From NCBI RefSeq assembly GCF_001194135.2, contig NC_069002.1, positions 8,102,626 through 8,145,703 on the forward strand: a DNA stretch of 43,078 nt, read 5' to 3'. Shown here piece by piece: positions 1 through 29,635 of this stretch (position 1 is its first letter; every line of letters starts with the position of its first letter). Both the position numbers and the translations under genes were made by a program. This DNA comes from Octopus bimaculoides (Eukaryota). The notes under the pieces are model-generated. The model did no database searches, had not been told where the DNA came from, and saw nothing but the letters and a program-made list of their open reading frames with translations.

Positions 1-101
1 TTTGGAGTGGCTTCAATTAATTTAGTTGACTTTTGTGAATAAAACAGTTGAACAGATGAAAATATTGATCCGTGTAAACTTTATTCATTTTCACGAAACC
101 T

Positions 102-240
102 TTATAGTTTGAGAACGTTGGCTCTTAATTTAGGTAAATATCTATGTGAAGGGAAGGTATGTGATCTTTGTAAGTTTCTTTGCATATGTCTGATTAATGT
201 ACGTACACTCGACGAGACTTCCTCTGCGTGATTTCTTGAC
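102..240 (-). CDS. Terminal exon of an unidentified gene (SRNHAEEVSSSVRTLIRHMQRNLQRSHTFPSHRYLPKLRANVLKL*)
   Basis: ttgctatttctaacag| acceptor; open to TAA in the phase left by exon 356-477. Confidence 0.55.
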
Positions 241-355
241 CTGTTAGAAATAGCAACTAAATTACATTCAGATTGACAATTTTGACGAGTCCCTTAACCC
301 TTCGGGATTCGATCTTACTTTGCATCAATCGATACAGCATTTTACAATTGCTCAC

Positions 356-477
356 CGGCATATTTGCAGCGGTTCATAAAGAGAGAGAGGTAAGTTCGGA
401 AATACGTATTTACATAAGCGCTGCCATTTATGTATGGTCTCGTCATGCGGTTCGTCATAGAATTTGGTTAATCGCTT
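356..477 (-). CDS. Exon of the unidentified gene (KRLTKFYDEPHDETIHKWQRLCKYVFPNLPLSLYEPLQICR)
   Basis: ttgatag| ... CG|gtgagc; only one frame is open; protein-like complexity; phase 0 to 2. Confidence 0.55.
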
Positions 478-1051
478 CTATCAATTAAGATTAGACAAAT
501 TATGCTTAATGACATTTTATATATTCATACATGAACAGATATATACCTGTACGTACGAATACTCTCTTTCTCTCTCTTTCTCTCTCCCTCACACACACAC
601 ACATGTAATATAATTTGTGTGTGCAACCGTATATCTATATATATGTATGTATATGGATATATATGTGTGTGTGTGTATCTGTGTGTGTATACACATATAT
701 ATATATATAATTGTATGTATATGTGTACATGTGTATGAATGTGTGTGTGTGTGTGTGTGTGTGTGAGTGTGTGTGTAATGAGCATCTCCTTATTTAATTT
801 CTGTTTTGTTTTTTTGTCAGCCATGTTACATTTTGTGTTATGAAAAAGACTTTTTCACTCCGGTGAAGTTATAAAAATTGGCCTCCAATTTAATAGTCCA
901 AAGCTGTTAATTTTAGTTAAAGCTGCCGATTTGTACTTAACTCTTAGACAATTGGATGCCATTATCAGAAATAAAGAATGTTATTACAATTAACATTTAG
1001 TGCCATTATTATAGAATTTGCTATTGGCAGCGGTTTAATGGAATTTGTTAC

Positions 1052-1172
1052 TTGTGAAGCGGGGTGGGGGTTCTGGGGGGATAGAAGTGAATGTGTTGAT
1101 GGTGATGGTGCTACTGCTGGCGCTGGTGATGGTGAGACGCTATTAGTGGGGGTCGCCTTAAAACTGAAGAAG
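1052..1172 (-). CDS. Candidate Pro/Ser-rich exon (FFSFKATPTNSVSPSPAPAVAPSPSTHSLLSPQNPHPASQ)
   Basis: ttttaatttcag| ... CAA|gtaaca; phase 2 to 0 fits exon 477; GC-rich island in AT background. Confidence 0.45.
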
Positions 1173-1350
1173 CTGAAATTAAAAGAGAAAGGACGTTCAC
1201 ACAGAATAATTAAAACATATCAATGGTGTTACCATAATGCGTGCTAACCAGCTAGGATAATTTTTATCAAAATCGATTCACAGAAAAACGAGAAATCCTA
1301 AATTTCACTCCTATGCCATTAGCATGGTTCTGGGAGTGAGTGTGTTTGTG

Positions 1351-1450
<100 letters not shown>

Positions 1451-2309
1451 CATCTATCTATCTTACTGTTATAGTTTCTGTAATGACAATATTGACCAAG
1501 GCTACCGTGGTCTTTTCCGTAGGCTTTTCTTTCCACGGCTAAACCTAAACTGTCCTCCCCTCTTTTTACNNNNNNNNNNNNNNNNNNNNNNNNNNNNNNN
1601 NNNNNNNNNNNNNNNNNNNNNNNNNNNNNNNNNNNNNNNNNNNNNNNNNNNNNNNNNNNNNNNNNNNNNNNNNNNNNNNNNNNNNNNNNNNNNNNNNNNN
1701 NNNNNNNNNNNNNNNNNNNNNNNNNNNNNNNNNNNNNNNNNNNNNNNNNNNNNNNNNNNNNNNNNNNNNNNNNNNNNNNNNNNNNNNNNNNNNNNNNNNN
1801 NNNNNNNNNNNNNNNNNNNNNNNNNNNNNNNNNNNNNNNNNNNNNNNNNNNNNNNNNNNNNNNNNNNNNNNNNNNNNNNNNNNNNNNNNNNNNNNNNNNN
1901 NNNNNNNNNNNNNNNNNNNNNNNNNNNNNNNNNNNNNNNNNNNNNNNNNNNNNNNNNNNNNNNNNNNNNNNNNNNNNNNNNNNNNNNNNNNNNNNNNNNN
2001 NNNNNNNNNNNNNNNNNNNNNNNNNNNNNNNNNNNNNNNNNNNNNNNNNNNNNNNNNNNNNNNNNNNNNNNNNNNNNNNNNNNNNNNNNNNNNNNNNNNN
2101 NNNNNNNNNNNNNNNNNNNNNNNNNNNNNNNNNNNNNNNNNNNNNNNNNNNNNNNNNNNNNNNNNNNNNNNNNNNNNNNNNNNNNNNNNNNNNNNNNNNN
2201 NNNNNNNNNNNNNNNNNNNNNNNNNNNNNNNNNNNNNNNNNNNNNNNNNNNNNNNNNNNNNNNNNNNNNNNNNNNNNNNNNNNNNNNNNNNNNNNNNNNN
2301 TGAAACATT

Positions 2310-2462
2310 TCAACCCAGTTTTCCTCTGCTAAATCCATTCACAAGCAATTGGTCAGTCCCGGGCTATAGCAGAAGGCACTTACCTAAGGCGCCGCACCGT
2401 GGGACTGAACCTAAAGCCTTGTGACTACAAAGAGAGCTTCTTCTCCACACAACCACGCCTGG
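2310..2462 (-). mobile_element. SINE family B head
   Basis: gggactgaacc...ccacacaaccacgcctg shared with other copies. Confidence 0.75.
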
Positions 2463-2796
2463 TAATGATATTGATTTGAATGTTGTGTTTTGTTTTGGCG
2501 AGTTTTGTTTTCTTTCAGTTGTAGCTGTTGTTGCTGCCACTGCTGCTGTTGTTGTCGTCGCTGTTGTTGTAGCTGTTGTTGTTGCTGCTGATATTGTTGT
2601 TGTTGTTGTTGCTGTTGTTGTTGTTGTTGTTGTTGTTGTTTTTGTTGTTAATGTATTACCTACCCCATATTGAGCCAACAGACCATTAGCGGCAAGTTGA
2701 CAACTTTATTATTTCCTGAAAGTTAGAATGAAACAAACGTTTATGATGTCATCGAATTAGGAATACTATTTAGACGTGTAAGGACAATCAGTTGAC

Positions 2797-2843
<47 letters not shown>

Positions 2844-3025
2844 GGACAGCAGTGGCGGTAGAAAACATAATCAGACAGAGTGATTTCTGCATTATGGACA
2901 AGAATAAAAATACTGAGTCGAACTGGCATTGGGGTCCCTGAGCCATGCCACATTACTTGTAAAAGTCAAGACAGTCGAAATGCCACAACCCGAGGTACTG
3001 ACGATTGTGCCAACTCGTCGCCTTT

Positions 3026-3192
3026 GTAGACATAGGACCTTCCAACAGCCACCTTCTTGACCACCTCCTCCAGACACTTGATTGAGGCTGTGGGAAGATG
3101 AATGGAAGCATAACGTCGCCATCAATAATGATCACTCCAAACATCCTGATGTCGACTGGATGTTATATTTTTATCGCTCTCGGTACATGTCC
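3026..3192 (-). pseudogene. Degenerate Tc1/mariner-superfamily transposase DDE-region fragment
   Basis: VPRAIKI*HPVDIRMFGVIIIDGDVMLPFIFP then KCLEEVVKKVAVGRSYV, recalling the KHPV.IMVFG...GDVMPPFIF...KCLEEVV pattern. Confidence 0.7.
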
Positions 3193-3450
3193 CCACATTG
3201 CACTCTCTTCAGATTCACATCCAAACGCCCTTAGCTTCCGGCACGAATGCCAAGCAGTACAGCATGTCGTTTCCAAATTTCTGGGAGAGTGAATTGCCTC
3301 ATGGTGCTGTTTTTCTCACAGACAATGTCCAACTGACCCTACTATAATGTGTAGTCGACAAAATCAAAATCAAACATTGCGCATGCACGAAATTAAAGAT
3401 ATAAAATGGCGACAATTCACCCATCGCATCCTGAGTATATGTGTCCGCGG

Positions 3451-3667
3451 GGCGTCAGCGAGCTGGCAGAGTCGTTAGTACGTCGAATAAAATGTTTAGT
3501 GGCACTTCGACCTCATTTATGTTATGAGTTCAAATTCCGACGACGTCGACTTTGCTTTTCATTCTTTCGGAGTCGATAAAATATGGACCAGTTGAGCACT
3601 GGGTTCGATGTAATCGACTTGGCCCCTCCCACAAAATTTCAAGTATTGTGCCTATAGTAGAAGGGAT
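3451..3667 (+). mobile_element. SINE family A
   Basis: Colinear similarity to 41040-41240. Confidence 0.85.
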
Positions 3668-4055
3668 CATATATATATATATATATATATATATGGGGAG
3701 GAGAGAGAGAGGGAGAGCGTGTAGGTGCATATGTGTGTGTGTTTGTGTGTGTGTATGTTTGTGTGTATGCGTATTTCACTTTTTCATTTAGCCTCACTGT
3801 CTTTCACTTTCTGTCACTGTTACTCCACTCCCTGACTCTTAATTTTGTCTCATAATCTGTCACTCTCTGACTCATGTATATCCTAACTCTCTCACGCCCT
3901 CATTCCTTCTCTCACTCACTTAAGGGTAGAATAATTAAACAGACTCGGCACAATACTCAAGTAAAGAAGCAAAATGAACAAAAGACCAAAAAAGAAATAT
4001 TAAAAAATAACCCATCCTCAAAGACCTCTCGACTGTTTTAATGACGATAAAATAC

Positions 4056-4166
4056 GTTTATGTATTTCTCTGTATAATAATGTTGATCTTCTGTAGCAAC
4101 GCCATTCAATTGGCTGACTATATTTTTCAAGATCTGTCTAATAAAGTGTGCATGTAGGTAGGGGTA

Positions 4167-4215
<49 letters not shown>

Positions 4216-4603
4216 NNNNNNNNNNNNNNNNNNNNNNNNNNNNNNNNNNNNNNNNNNNNNNNNNNNNNNNNNNNNNNNNNNNNNNNNNNNNNNNNNNNNN
4301 NNNNNNNNNNNNNNNNNNNNNNNNNNNNNNNNNNNNNNNNNNNNNNNNNNNNNNNNNNNNNNNNNNNNNNNNNNNNNNNNNNNNNNNNNNNNNNNNNNNN
4401 NNNNNNNNNNNNNNNNNNNNNNNNNNNNNNNNNNNNNNNNNNNNNNNNNNNNNNNNNNNNNNNNNNNNNNNNNNNNNNNNNNNNNNNNNNNNNNNNNNNN
4501 NNNNNNNNTATATATATATATGTATATATGTATATATGCATATGTGTGTGTGTGTGTGACTGTATGGAGGTATATATATATATATATATATATAGATATA
4601 TGC

Positions 4604-4643
<40 letters not shown>

Positions 4644-4973
4644 GCATACATATATACATACATAGTAGAAGACTTTGCACAAGGTGCTACACAGTAGGAC
4701 ATGCACGCGCGTGTATATTTTGCAGTGTAGATGGATATATATGCTTGTTTGAATTTTAGGATTAGATGCATTTACACAGCCATTCCTAATATTCCGATTA
4801 TAAAGGCATGTCGGCTGTTTTTAACATTTCAAGGTTTGTGTATATATACATATATATACATACATATATATATATATATATACATATATTCATACATATA
4901 TACGTACATCCATCTGTGTGTCTGTGTCTGCCTGTCTGTCTATTTGCACTTTTGTCTGTGTGTGTTTGTGTGT

Positions 4974-5033
<60 letters not shown>

Positions 5034-6151
5034 AAAACCTAGCTAAAATCTTAACATACCCTGCCGGAAGTTTCTCCTCGAAACCACAAGTGTAGAAGGA
5101 CAGTTAAGTTGACTTCCTTTTTGTTTTGATGTGACGTCAACTTTAACTCCTCTTTTTCTTCCCAAACTTCTTAAACACGTGCAAAGTCTCTTGTTCACAT
5201 ACACGCGCATATACATACATACATACATACATACATACATACATACATACATACATACATACATACATACACATCATATGCTGAAATTAATTTGTTGCTT
5301 TTCTCAGTTCCTCTTTATAGTTGGTCGTTTACATCGCTTTGTTGACGGTAAGTATTTTCCATATTTTTCTATGATATATATAAGACAACATTTTGTATTC
5401 ATAATACAATAATGATAATTTTTGTTAAATGAGACACTGTGTATAACATCACTATCTGGAAAAAATGCTAGTTAAATAGCCTTCAGTGCGTACTTCTAAC
5501 ATTTGATAATGTCGCTATTGGTTCAGTCTCTCTGATTTTTAAGATATAGTAGGCATGGATGAAGCGACATTTTCTTGCATCGACTCAGTCACGTTTGTTC
5601 TAGAGTTCAGCGATTATGGTTTGAAATTTCGGCCCAAGGGCCAGCAGTTTTTGAAGAGGTAGGAGATAACCGATTACACGACTCGAGTACTTAACTGAAA
5701 AGTTGAAAGACAAATTTAATCTTGACGCAATTTGAATTCAGAATGCAGAGAACCGGGCGATACGCCGCTAAGCATTTTGTCCGAAATACAAACGAATCTT
5801 CCAACTAGTTACACTATTTAGAAGAAGAAAAATCACAATAATTCCTTCTAATTTTGGCACAAGGCTAGCAATTTTAGGAGATGTAAATAGTTGATTAAAT
5901 TGACCCCAGCGTTGAACCGGTACATTTCATAGTAACCCCGGAAAGAGGACTGGTAAAATCGTCTTCAGAAAATTTAAACGCACAGTGTATAGAGCCGTGA
6001 AACTGCCGCATGGTTCGGAATGCTCCCGATTCTGTCAGTTCAGGAGCAGAACTATTTAAATGTTGGTAGGTGAGGAACACGTGCAAGTTTCTATTTATTT
6101 ATTTAGTTACCTTCTGAGTTCTATCTTTCAATCTCATTCTAATTTCGAATT
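4056..6151 (-). CDS. Further candidate - strand exons (4133-4056, about 5189-5060, 6151-6111); frame ambiguous
   Basis: Canonical donors and acceptors with open frames, but two alternative frames are both open and no homology is recognised. Confidence 0.3.
5321..5347 (+). other. 27-nt micro-exon-like segment, possibly an upstream 5'UTR exon of the ENT gene
   Basis: ttctcagttcctctttatag|TTGGTCGTTTACATCGCTTTGTTGACG|gtaagt, near-consensus sites on both sides. Confidence 0.35.
5620..5990 (-). mobile_element. Two degenerate SINE family A copies
   Basis: aaggccagcag...atttgaattcagaa...gctaagcatttt motifs. Confidence 0.65.
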
Positions 6152-6358
6152 CTGCAAGAGGTGATTTTACTTAGTATGTAAGCCTGCGACGGTCAAATAT
6201 AGCCATACACCTATGATGCTAGGAATCGTTGTTCTTGTTCTAGATCGTCTATTCATCAATATGAGAATACATCCTTAACGATATTTATGATTTATGCTCA
6301 AAGTTGCCATATCATATGATATCATATTCTTCATACTGACTACGACAGGATATAATAA

Positions 6359-6407
<49 letters not shown>

Positions 6408-7271
6408 NNNNNNNNNNNNNNNNNNNNNNNNNNNNNNNNNNNNNNNNNNNNNNNNNNNNNNNNNNNNNNNNNNNNNNNNNNNNNNNNNNNNNNNNNNNNN
6501 NNNNNNNNNNNNNNNNNNNNNNNNNNNNNNNNNNNNNNNNNNNNNNNNNNNNNNNNNNNNNNNNNNNNNNNNNNNNNNNNNNNNNNNNNNNNNNNNNNNN
6601 NNNNNNNNNNNNNNNNNNNNNNNNNNNNNNNNNNNNNNNNNNNNNNNNNNNNNNNNNNNNNNNNNNNNNNNNNNNNNNNNNNNNNNNNNNNNNNNNNNNN
6701 NNNNNNNNNNNNNNNNNNNNNNNNNNNNNNNNNNNNNNNNNNNNNNNNNNNNNNNNNNNNNNNNNNNNNNNNNNNNNNNNNNNNNNNNNNNNNNNNNNNN
6801 NNNNNNNNNNNNNNNNNNNNNNNNNNNNNNNNNNNNNNNNNNNNNNNNNNNNNNNNNNNNNNNNNNNNNNNNNNNNNNNNNNNNNNNNNNNNNNNNNNNN
6901 NNNNNNNNNNNNNNNNNNNNNNNNNNNNNNNNNNNNNNNNNNNNNNNNNNNNNTATATATATAATATATATATATATATGTATAAATTATAAATCAAATA
7001 ACTAATGTATATAATATATGAATATGCATATATATATATATAATGAATATGTGTGGGTTCATTGGTGTACATGCTTAGCTTCCGCAGTACTAAATGTTAT
7101 TTCCTGTAATTCATTTTGTTACACGTCTAATCTGATACATTTACGCAGTGAAACGTGTGTATGTGTGTGTATGAGAGTGTCTGCTTTATTAAGTGTATGT
7201 GTTTCTAATAATTCATGATGATGTATATATGTGTATGTAGAAATGTTTATATACGTACATACAAATATGTT

Positions 7272-7343
<72 letters not shown>

Positions 7344-8164
7344 NNNNNNNNNNNNNNNNNNNNNNNNNNNNNNNNNNNNNNNNNNNNNNNNNNNNNNNNN
7401 NNNNNNNNNNNNNNNNNNNNNNNNNNNNNNNNNNNNNNNNNNNNNNNNNNNNNNNNNNNNNNNNNNNNNNNNNNNNNNNNNNNNNNNNNNNNNNNNNNNN
7501 NNNNNNNNNNNNNNNNNNNNNNNNNNNNNNNNNNNNNNNNNNNNNNNNNNNNNNNNNNNNNNNNNNNNNNNNNNNNNNNNNNNNNNNNNNNNNNNNNNNN
7601 NNNNNNNNNNNNNNNNNNNNNNNNNNNNNNNNNNNNNNNNNNNNNNNNNNNNNNNNNNNNNNNNNNNNNNNNNNNNNNNNNNNNNNNNNNNNNNNNNNNN
7701 NNNNNNNNNNNNNNNNNNNNNNNNNNNNNNNNNNNNNNNNNNNNNNNNNNNNNNNNNNNNNNNNNNNNNNNNNNNNNNNNNNNNNNNNNNNNNNNNNNNN
7801 NNNNNNNNNNNNNNNNNNNNNNNNNNNNNNNNNNNNNNNNNNNNNNNNNNNNNNNNNNNNNNNNNNNNNNNNNNNNNNNNNNNNNNNNNNNNNNNNNNNN
7901 NNNNNNNNNNNNNNNNNNNNNNNNNNNNNNNNNNNNNNNNNNNNNNNNNNNNNNNNNNNNNNNNNNNNNNNNNNNNNNNNNNNNNNNNNNNNNNNNNNNN
8001 NNNNNNNNNNNNNNNNNNNNNNNNNNNNNNNNNNNNNNNNNNNNNNNNNNNNNNNNNNNNNNNNNNNNNNNNNNNNNNNNNNNNNNNNNNNNNNNNNNNN
8101 NNNNNNNNNNNNNNNNNNNNNNNNNNNNNNNNNNNNNNNNNNNNNNNNNNNNNNTATATATATA

Positions 8165-8385
8165 TATATGTTTATGTGTGTGTGTTTGTGTTTGTCCCCC
8201 ACCATCGATTCACAACCGATGTTGGTCTTTTTACGTCCCCGTAATTTAGCAATTCGGCAAAAGAGACCGTTAGGACAAGTACTAGGCTTACAAATAATAA
8301 GACTTGGGGGCGATTTGTTCAATTAAAGGCGGTGCTCCAGCATGGCCGCAGTCAAAATGACTGAAACAAGTAAAAGAATAAAAGA
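8165..8385 (+). mobile_element. SINE family B 3' half (5' part probably in the gap)
   Basis: tttacgtccccgtaatttagc...ggcggtgctccagcatggccgcagtc...gactgaaacaag tail. Confidence 0.8.
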
Positions 8386-8514
8386 ATTTAAAAAAAGGTT
8401 TTATATGTATGTGTGAACATAGGAAATGGTATGTCTGTGTTTGTGTATGTGTTTGTGTAATTTGAACCCAACTTTATGAGTAATTATCTAAGATATATAT
8501 TATATATTGTCCAG

Positions 8515-8854
8515 GTGGATTACCAGAAACAGCAACAAAGAACATATAAATGCCACAGAGAAAGAAATACAAAGCATAACGGATACATTGAGAATAAAAG
8601 AACGAGAAAATGGTAACCGGAACAATATCTCCAGTAGCAAGAATATGTAGAAGAATAATCACATAATTCGTAACAACAGTAAAAATAGTAATAGCAACAA
8701 AAAATTTCATTCAACATAAAATACTCCCTCTTTGTGAGAAACAAAATCTCCCACCATCCCCACAAGGACAACAGCAGCCTTTTCACACTACCAACAGCCA
8801 CTTATATCACTGACATAGACAAAAGAAGAGGAAGAGAGAAAATTTAACTGAATT
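8515..8854 (+). promoter_or_regulatory. Putative ENT 5'UTR portion with uORFs
   Basis: Acceptor tattgtccag| at 8514; uORFs at 8550-8579, 8610-8666 and ATG-TAG at 8645-8650. Confidence 0.4.
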
Positions 8855-25309
<16,455 letters not shown>

Positions 25310-26711
25310 ATTTGAATTCCTTTCTATGTATGAATTTCTTGTGAATTTCGGAATTTTTCACCTCCTTTTTGGATTCACATTTGCCACTAGATTTCACATT
25401 TGGCTCAACAATAATTTCTTTCATAGTCTGTCGCTGAAAGATGATCAATACCTAGCAAGGACCCCAGTATATTATTGGTGTTTATTTCATATTAACGATA
25501 CGCATGAGTGCAAGAATGTGTTGTATTTAACCTTAAAAGAATTTGAACATGGAACCAACAACATCGATCCTAAAAGGAATTTCTGCCAGACGCTAATGTC
25601 TATATCTCGGGAAGGTCGTTATGTCAATTATAAACACAAGCACTGATTCTATTTCACTCTTTTATTATTCGTAAATTAATTGACAATTTCAGCAACTCAC
25701 TAATGGGTTTTTTTTATTTTTATTTCATCGTTTGGTTAATCACTCAGTTAAGATAATTTCATTAAAGTCATTCCTCCGCCATTCTGTCAAAGTTCTTTCG
25801 TTTCAGTACGAGTTGAGAGGTCATGTCAATGAAGAGGTCGTGAATGGCGAGAAAAGGACTGTGGCTAACATTATTGACTGATTGATTAACCAAATAATTT
25901 ATAAAAGAATCGACTGGGTAGCTGGTTAAATAGCTAATCAACTAACAGATGATAAAGAAGTGAAACAAAATCAGTGCGTGTGTTTATTATTGGCATAATG
26001 GCCCTCCCGAGATACGACAGAATATTTTCCAACACACAAGTTCACATCAGGAATTTTGCGAACCAAATACAAACACGAAATACTTAGGGATATATATTGA
26101 AAGAATGCTCAGCCAACCAAATTGATCCCAGTTCTTAACTGGTTCTTATTTCTAGCAAACTCCTGAAGACTGCAATGGAACACCGAACTCAATGGCTTCG
26201 AGCTCAGAACATAGACATGTACACAAACACCACTATGCATTCTATATTTTCCAACATTCTAAACATCCAACATCCAATGTTCTGCCTTCCATAAAAAAAA
26301 AGTTCTATTACCGCGTCCATATCAATCCAACTGACTCGGCTTCTGACAATAAACAATTATGAAAATGGCTAACTTGTAGAATTATTATTATTATTATTAT
26401 TATCATTATTATTATTATTAACATCAGCATCAGCATAACTATCATCATCATCATCGTCATGAGTAAGTTTGCCAGAGCACTTGTACATTATGTTGTTTAA
26501 TGTTGAAACATATGTTGCGGGGGATCCCGGTACCTGACTGTTAATTTACTTAATCGAACGCAGTGCAGGAATGTCAAAATCACCTGAGAAGGATTTGATT
26601 TGAGAAAATAAATAAAGCGAACAGAAAATAAAATAAAATAAAAAAGCTCACCTTCTCACTCACACAAGCAATAATACAGAGATGATGACTCGTCAATAAT
26701 TATTAGTCTTA

Positions 26712-27612
26712 AATTTTGACACAAGGCCAGCAATTTCGGGTGGATTTCGAGTCGATTACATCAACAGGTAATTATTTTATCGATCCTGAAATGATGAAAG
26801 TGAACGCTGATTTCGGCGGAATTTGAACTCAGAACGTAAAGTTCCGGTAGAAATGCTGTTAAACATTTTACCCCGACACGGTAATAATTCTACCAGCTCA
26901 CCGCCTTGACCCTTCATAATTTTTAAAATAACAACCACAGCGTGGGTTATGGATATATTTAATATATGACACTGTCAGTCATTAGGTTTATTTACATATC
27001 AATAAGTAGCCATCATCACAAATAATCTTCCGTTGGAGCAGAAGAGGTGATTCGAAATCAATAACAGAATAATAATAATAAAACTGGTTTGTTTGATGTT
27101 TTGTGCAAGTTAGCAAAGAGACATATATAAAACATATATAATTATTAAATAAGCATATAATAAACATATATTATCATATATAATTAACATAATTATTATA
27201 TAAGAATATATAAATGCGTATATAATTAATATATAAGCACATATATATATATGCGTATACAGGTAATATATGAGCATATATAAAGGTATATATAATTAAT
27301 GTGTATTTTCTGGTTTTGTTTTTCTTGTGCCCAAGAATTCATAAAGTCTGTTACTCGGTTTCAATAGCTTATAAGTGATCGAGATCACAACAATCCCCTT
27401 GGATGGAATGTAGGTCCGTCGCATGGCTCAAAGCCAGCAATTTTTAAGGAAAGGGTGTTGACCAATTACATCTACTCCAGTATTTAGCTGGTGCCTTGTT
27501 TTATCGACCCCCGAAAGGATGAAAGGCAAAGTTGACACCGGCAGGATTTGAACTCAGAATGTAAAGAGCATTTTGTTCGACGCGCAAACGATGATGCCAG
27601 CTTGTCACCTTC
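26712..27612 (-). mobile_element. Two SINE family A copies (26712-26908, 27425-27612) in the convergent intergenic region
   Basis: aatttgaactcagaa, ttttatcgacccc, gccagct motifs. Confidence 0.75.
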
Positions 27613-28341
27613 ATAAATTATGATAAGTGATTTATAAAGATGTACAGTAGATACGTCTAAATAAAGGCACAGATAATCATTATTTGTATTATTAATATTT
27701 TCTTAATGACTAACGATAACAAACATTAAATGAGAAAATAACTCAATACATGATGAATGAACAAATATTCATTTAGTTTAAAGAGATTGACTTTGAAGTT
27801 TCACAGAAAGAAGCTTAACAAACAGATTAATTAACTCTATATATTCAAGAGAAGCAGTTTAAAACTAAAATAGCTACCTAACTATCATACTGAATGTAAA
27901 CATGTCATTGAAAAGCAAATTTACTGCAATATTCGCAGAGATTAGAATCTCTTCTGGACGTGTTGTGTTCAAAAACATAATATATGTCAGAGGGAGATGA
28001 AGATTGTCCCAGCAACCATGCCAGATGGATTTCAGCCCTGTTGCTCTTTGTCAATGGCGAGTACTCACAGCCATCCACAAACTTAGACAGTCCCGGAGTT
28101 ACTTTAAAGTTACAGTCATCATGCTTAAAATAAATATGTATTTGTAATGTTTGAAAACTGCTCACAAGTATCGCTAAGTTATTGTCCTAATTATGCAAAT
28201 AGAAGGGAAATTTCCATTAGTTAAGGATGTTTGCACATCCTATTCACCCTATTTGTTTAAACTGTTGTCATTAGCTCGTCCCACTTGCCCATAGCTTATA
28301 TTAGTGTTTTGATAATATACATCACTGTTTCCCCAAAGTCT

Positions 28342-28356
28342 TCATAAATTCTTTTT
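28342..28356 (-). CDS. Candidate terminal exon (KKNL*)
   Basis: Strong acceptor atttctttttatatacag|, phase 0; recalls KKKNFL near the EVC2 C-terminus. The alternative terminal exon is 28123-27905. Confidence 0.45.
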   Translation of the reverse strand, partial: KKNL

Positions 28357-28738
28357 CTGTATATAAAAAGAAATGTTGCTAGAAGTATGAGGCTCAACTT
28401 TAGTTACTTTTTGCTGATGAGGAGCTATACCAACGAAACAAGCCAATGGCTACTGACCTATCATCAGCATGCGCATGTGTTTATATATGTATGCGTGTGT
28501 AGATATATATCTATGATAAACATGGTTGAGGTGTGGGAAATTTATGAATAAAAAGCAAATACATGATTGAGTTAATGAGTGAGAGGGTGAATGGGGAATC
28601 GGCGAAAGAACGGGAGGAGGAAGGAAGTGGGTTGGTAGTAAATGAGGAAGGAAAGGAATTTCAGTAGTTAAGTAAGTCAGTGAAGAGACGGCAGCAAGTC
28701 TTGAGTTTGTGCCACTTCAAAAGTATTCTATCGCAAGA

Positions 28739-28774
<36 letters not shown>

Positions 28775-29597
28775 NNNNNNNNNNNNNNNNNNNNNNNNNN
28801 NNNNNNNNNNNNNNNNNNNNNNNNNNNNNNNNNNNNNNNNNNNNNNNNNNNNNNNNNNNNNNNNNNNNNNNNNNTATATATATATTCATAGGCCGGTGTC
28901 CACAGGTTAGATACCTTAAGCAAAGCAGCACAAAATAAAACTGTATAGATAACGAGCATTGTGCACACTGAAAACGAAAACAGAAAAAGAAACACAGATA
29001 AATTAATTACAAATTGAAAATAATAACTATATTATCATCAACAACAATAACAGCGAGAACAACAACTGTAGCCACACGAAAACCAATGATAAAAAAAACC
29101 CCACAGCAACAACAAAAGCAAGAGAAAAAGAACTTCTATGGTATAAAAGAAGCACAAAGAATTAACACTGAGATATTTATTGGACAGAAAACACCAGCAA
29201 CACTTCACCTCGTTTTGGTTGTTTGAGCCATTTTTTTCTCGAAGTGGAGTAAAATTGTATCTTTCGAACTGTAATTTCTCTGGCAACACAAAATACCTGT
29301 TGTTGTTGTTGTTGTTGTTGTTGTAGAATGGTGGTGGTGGTCAAAAAAGAAATATTATTAGCTTCACTGTACGATTTGAAGAATGGGTATTGAAATGACG
29401 ATGATGATAACGTTATCACAATGATGATAATGATGATGATGATAATAGTAATGGTGACGTCGTGGACTACGATAACGGTGATGAAGATGACGATGACGAT
29501 GATGATAGTGATGATGACGATGACGTTTCCCTTTTCTCATAAACAAATAAAAAGTTTGAACCATCTTTACGTAGTTGCAGCAGCAGCAGCAGTAGTG

Positions 29598-29635
<38 letters not shown>

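Noticed and set aside
338-389. + strand exon-like segment resembling tetraspanin TM3 (ILQLLTGIFAAVHKERE)
   Set aside because: No partner exons or CCG motif found, and it overlaps a better-supported - strand exon.
1468-1569. - strand open stretch LGLAVERKAYGKDHGSLGQYCHYRNYN with a good donor
   Set aside because: Ends in phase 1, which leads to a stop in the 1172 exon; the acceptor is purine-rich or hidden in the gap.
2364-2678. Thr-rich mucin-like ORF (- strand) and poly-Val ORF (+ strand)
   Set aside because: Translation of an (AAC)n microsatellite; the Thr frame is closed by TAA TAA just after the nearest acceptor.
8516-8854. Frame continuing upstream of the ENT ATG through five stops (pseudo-exon, or stop-to-Trp recoding by A-to-I editing)
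   Set aside because: Five stops in 113 codons is what random AT-rich sequence gives; no homology.
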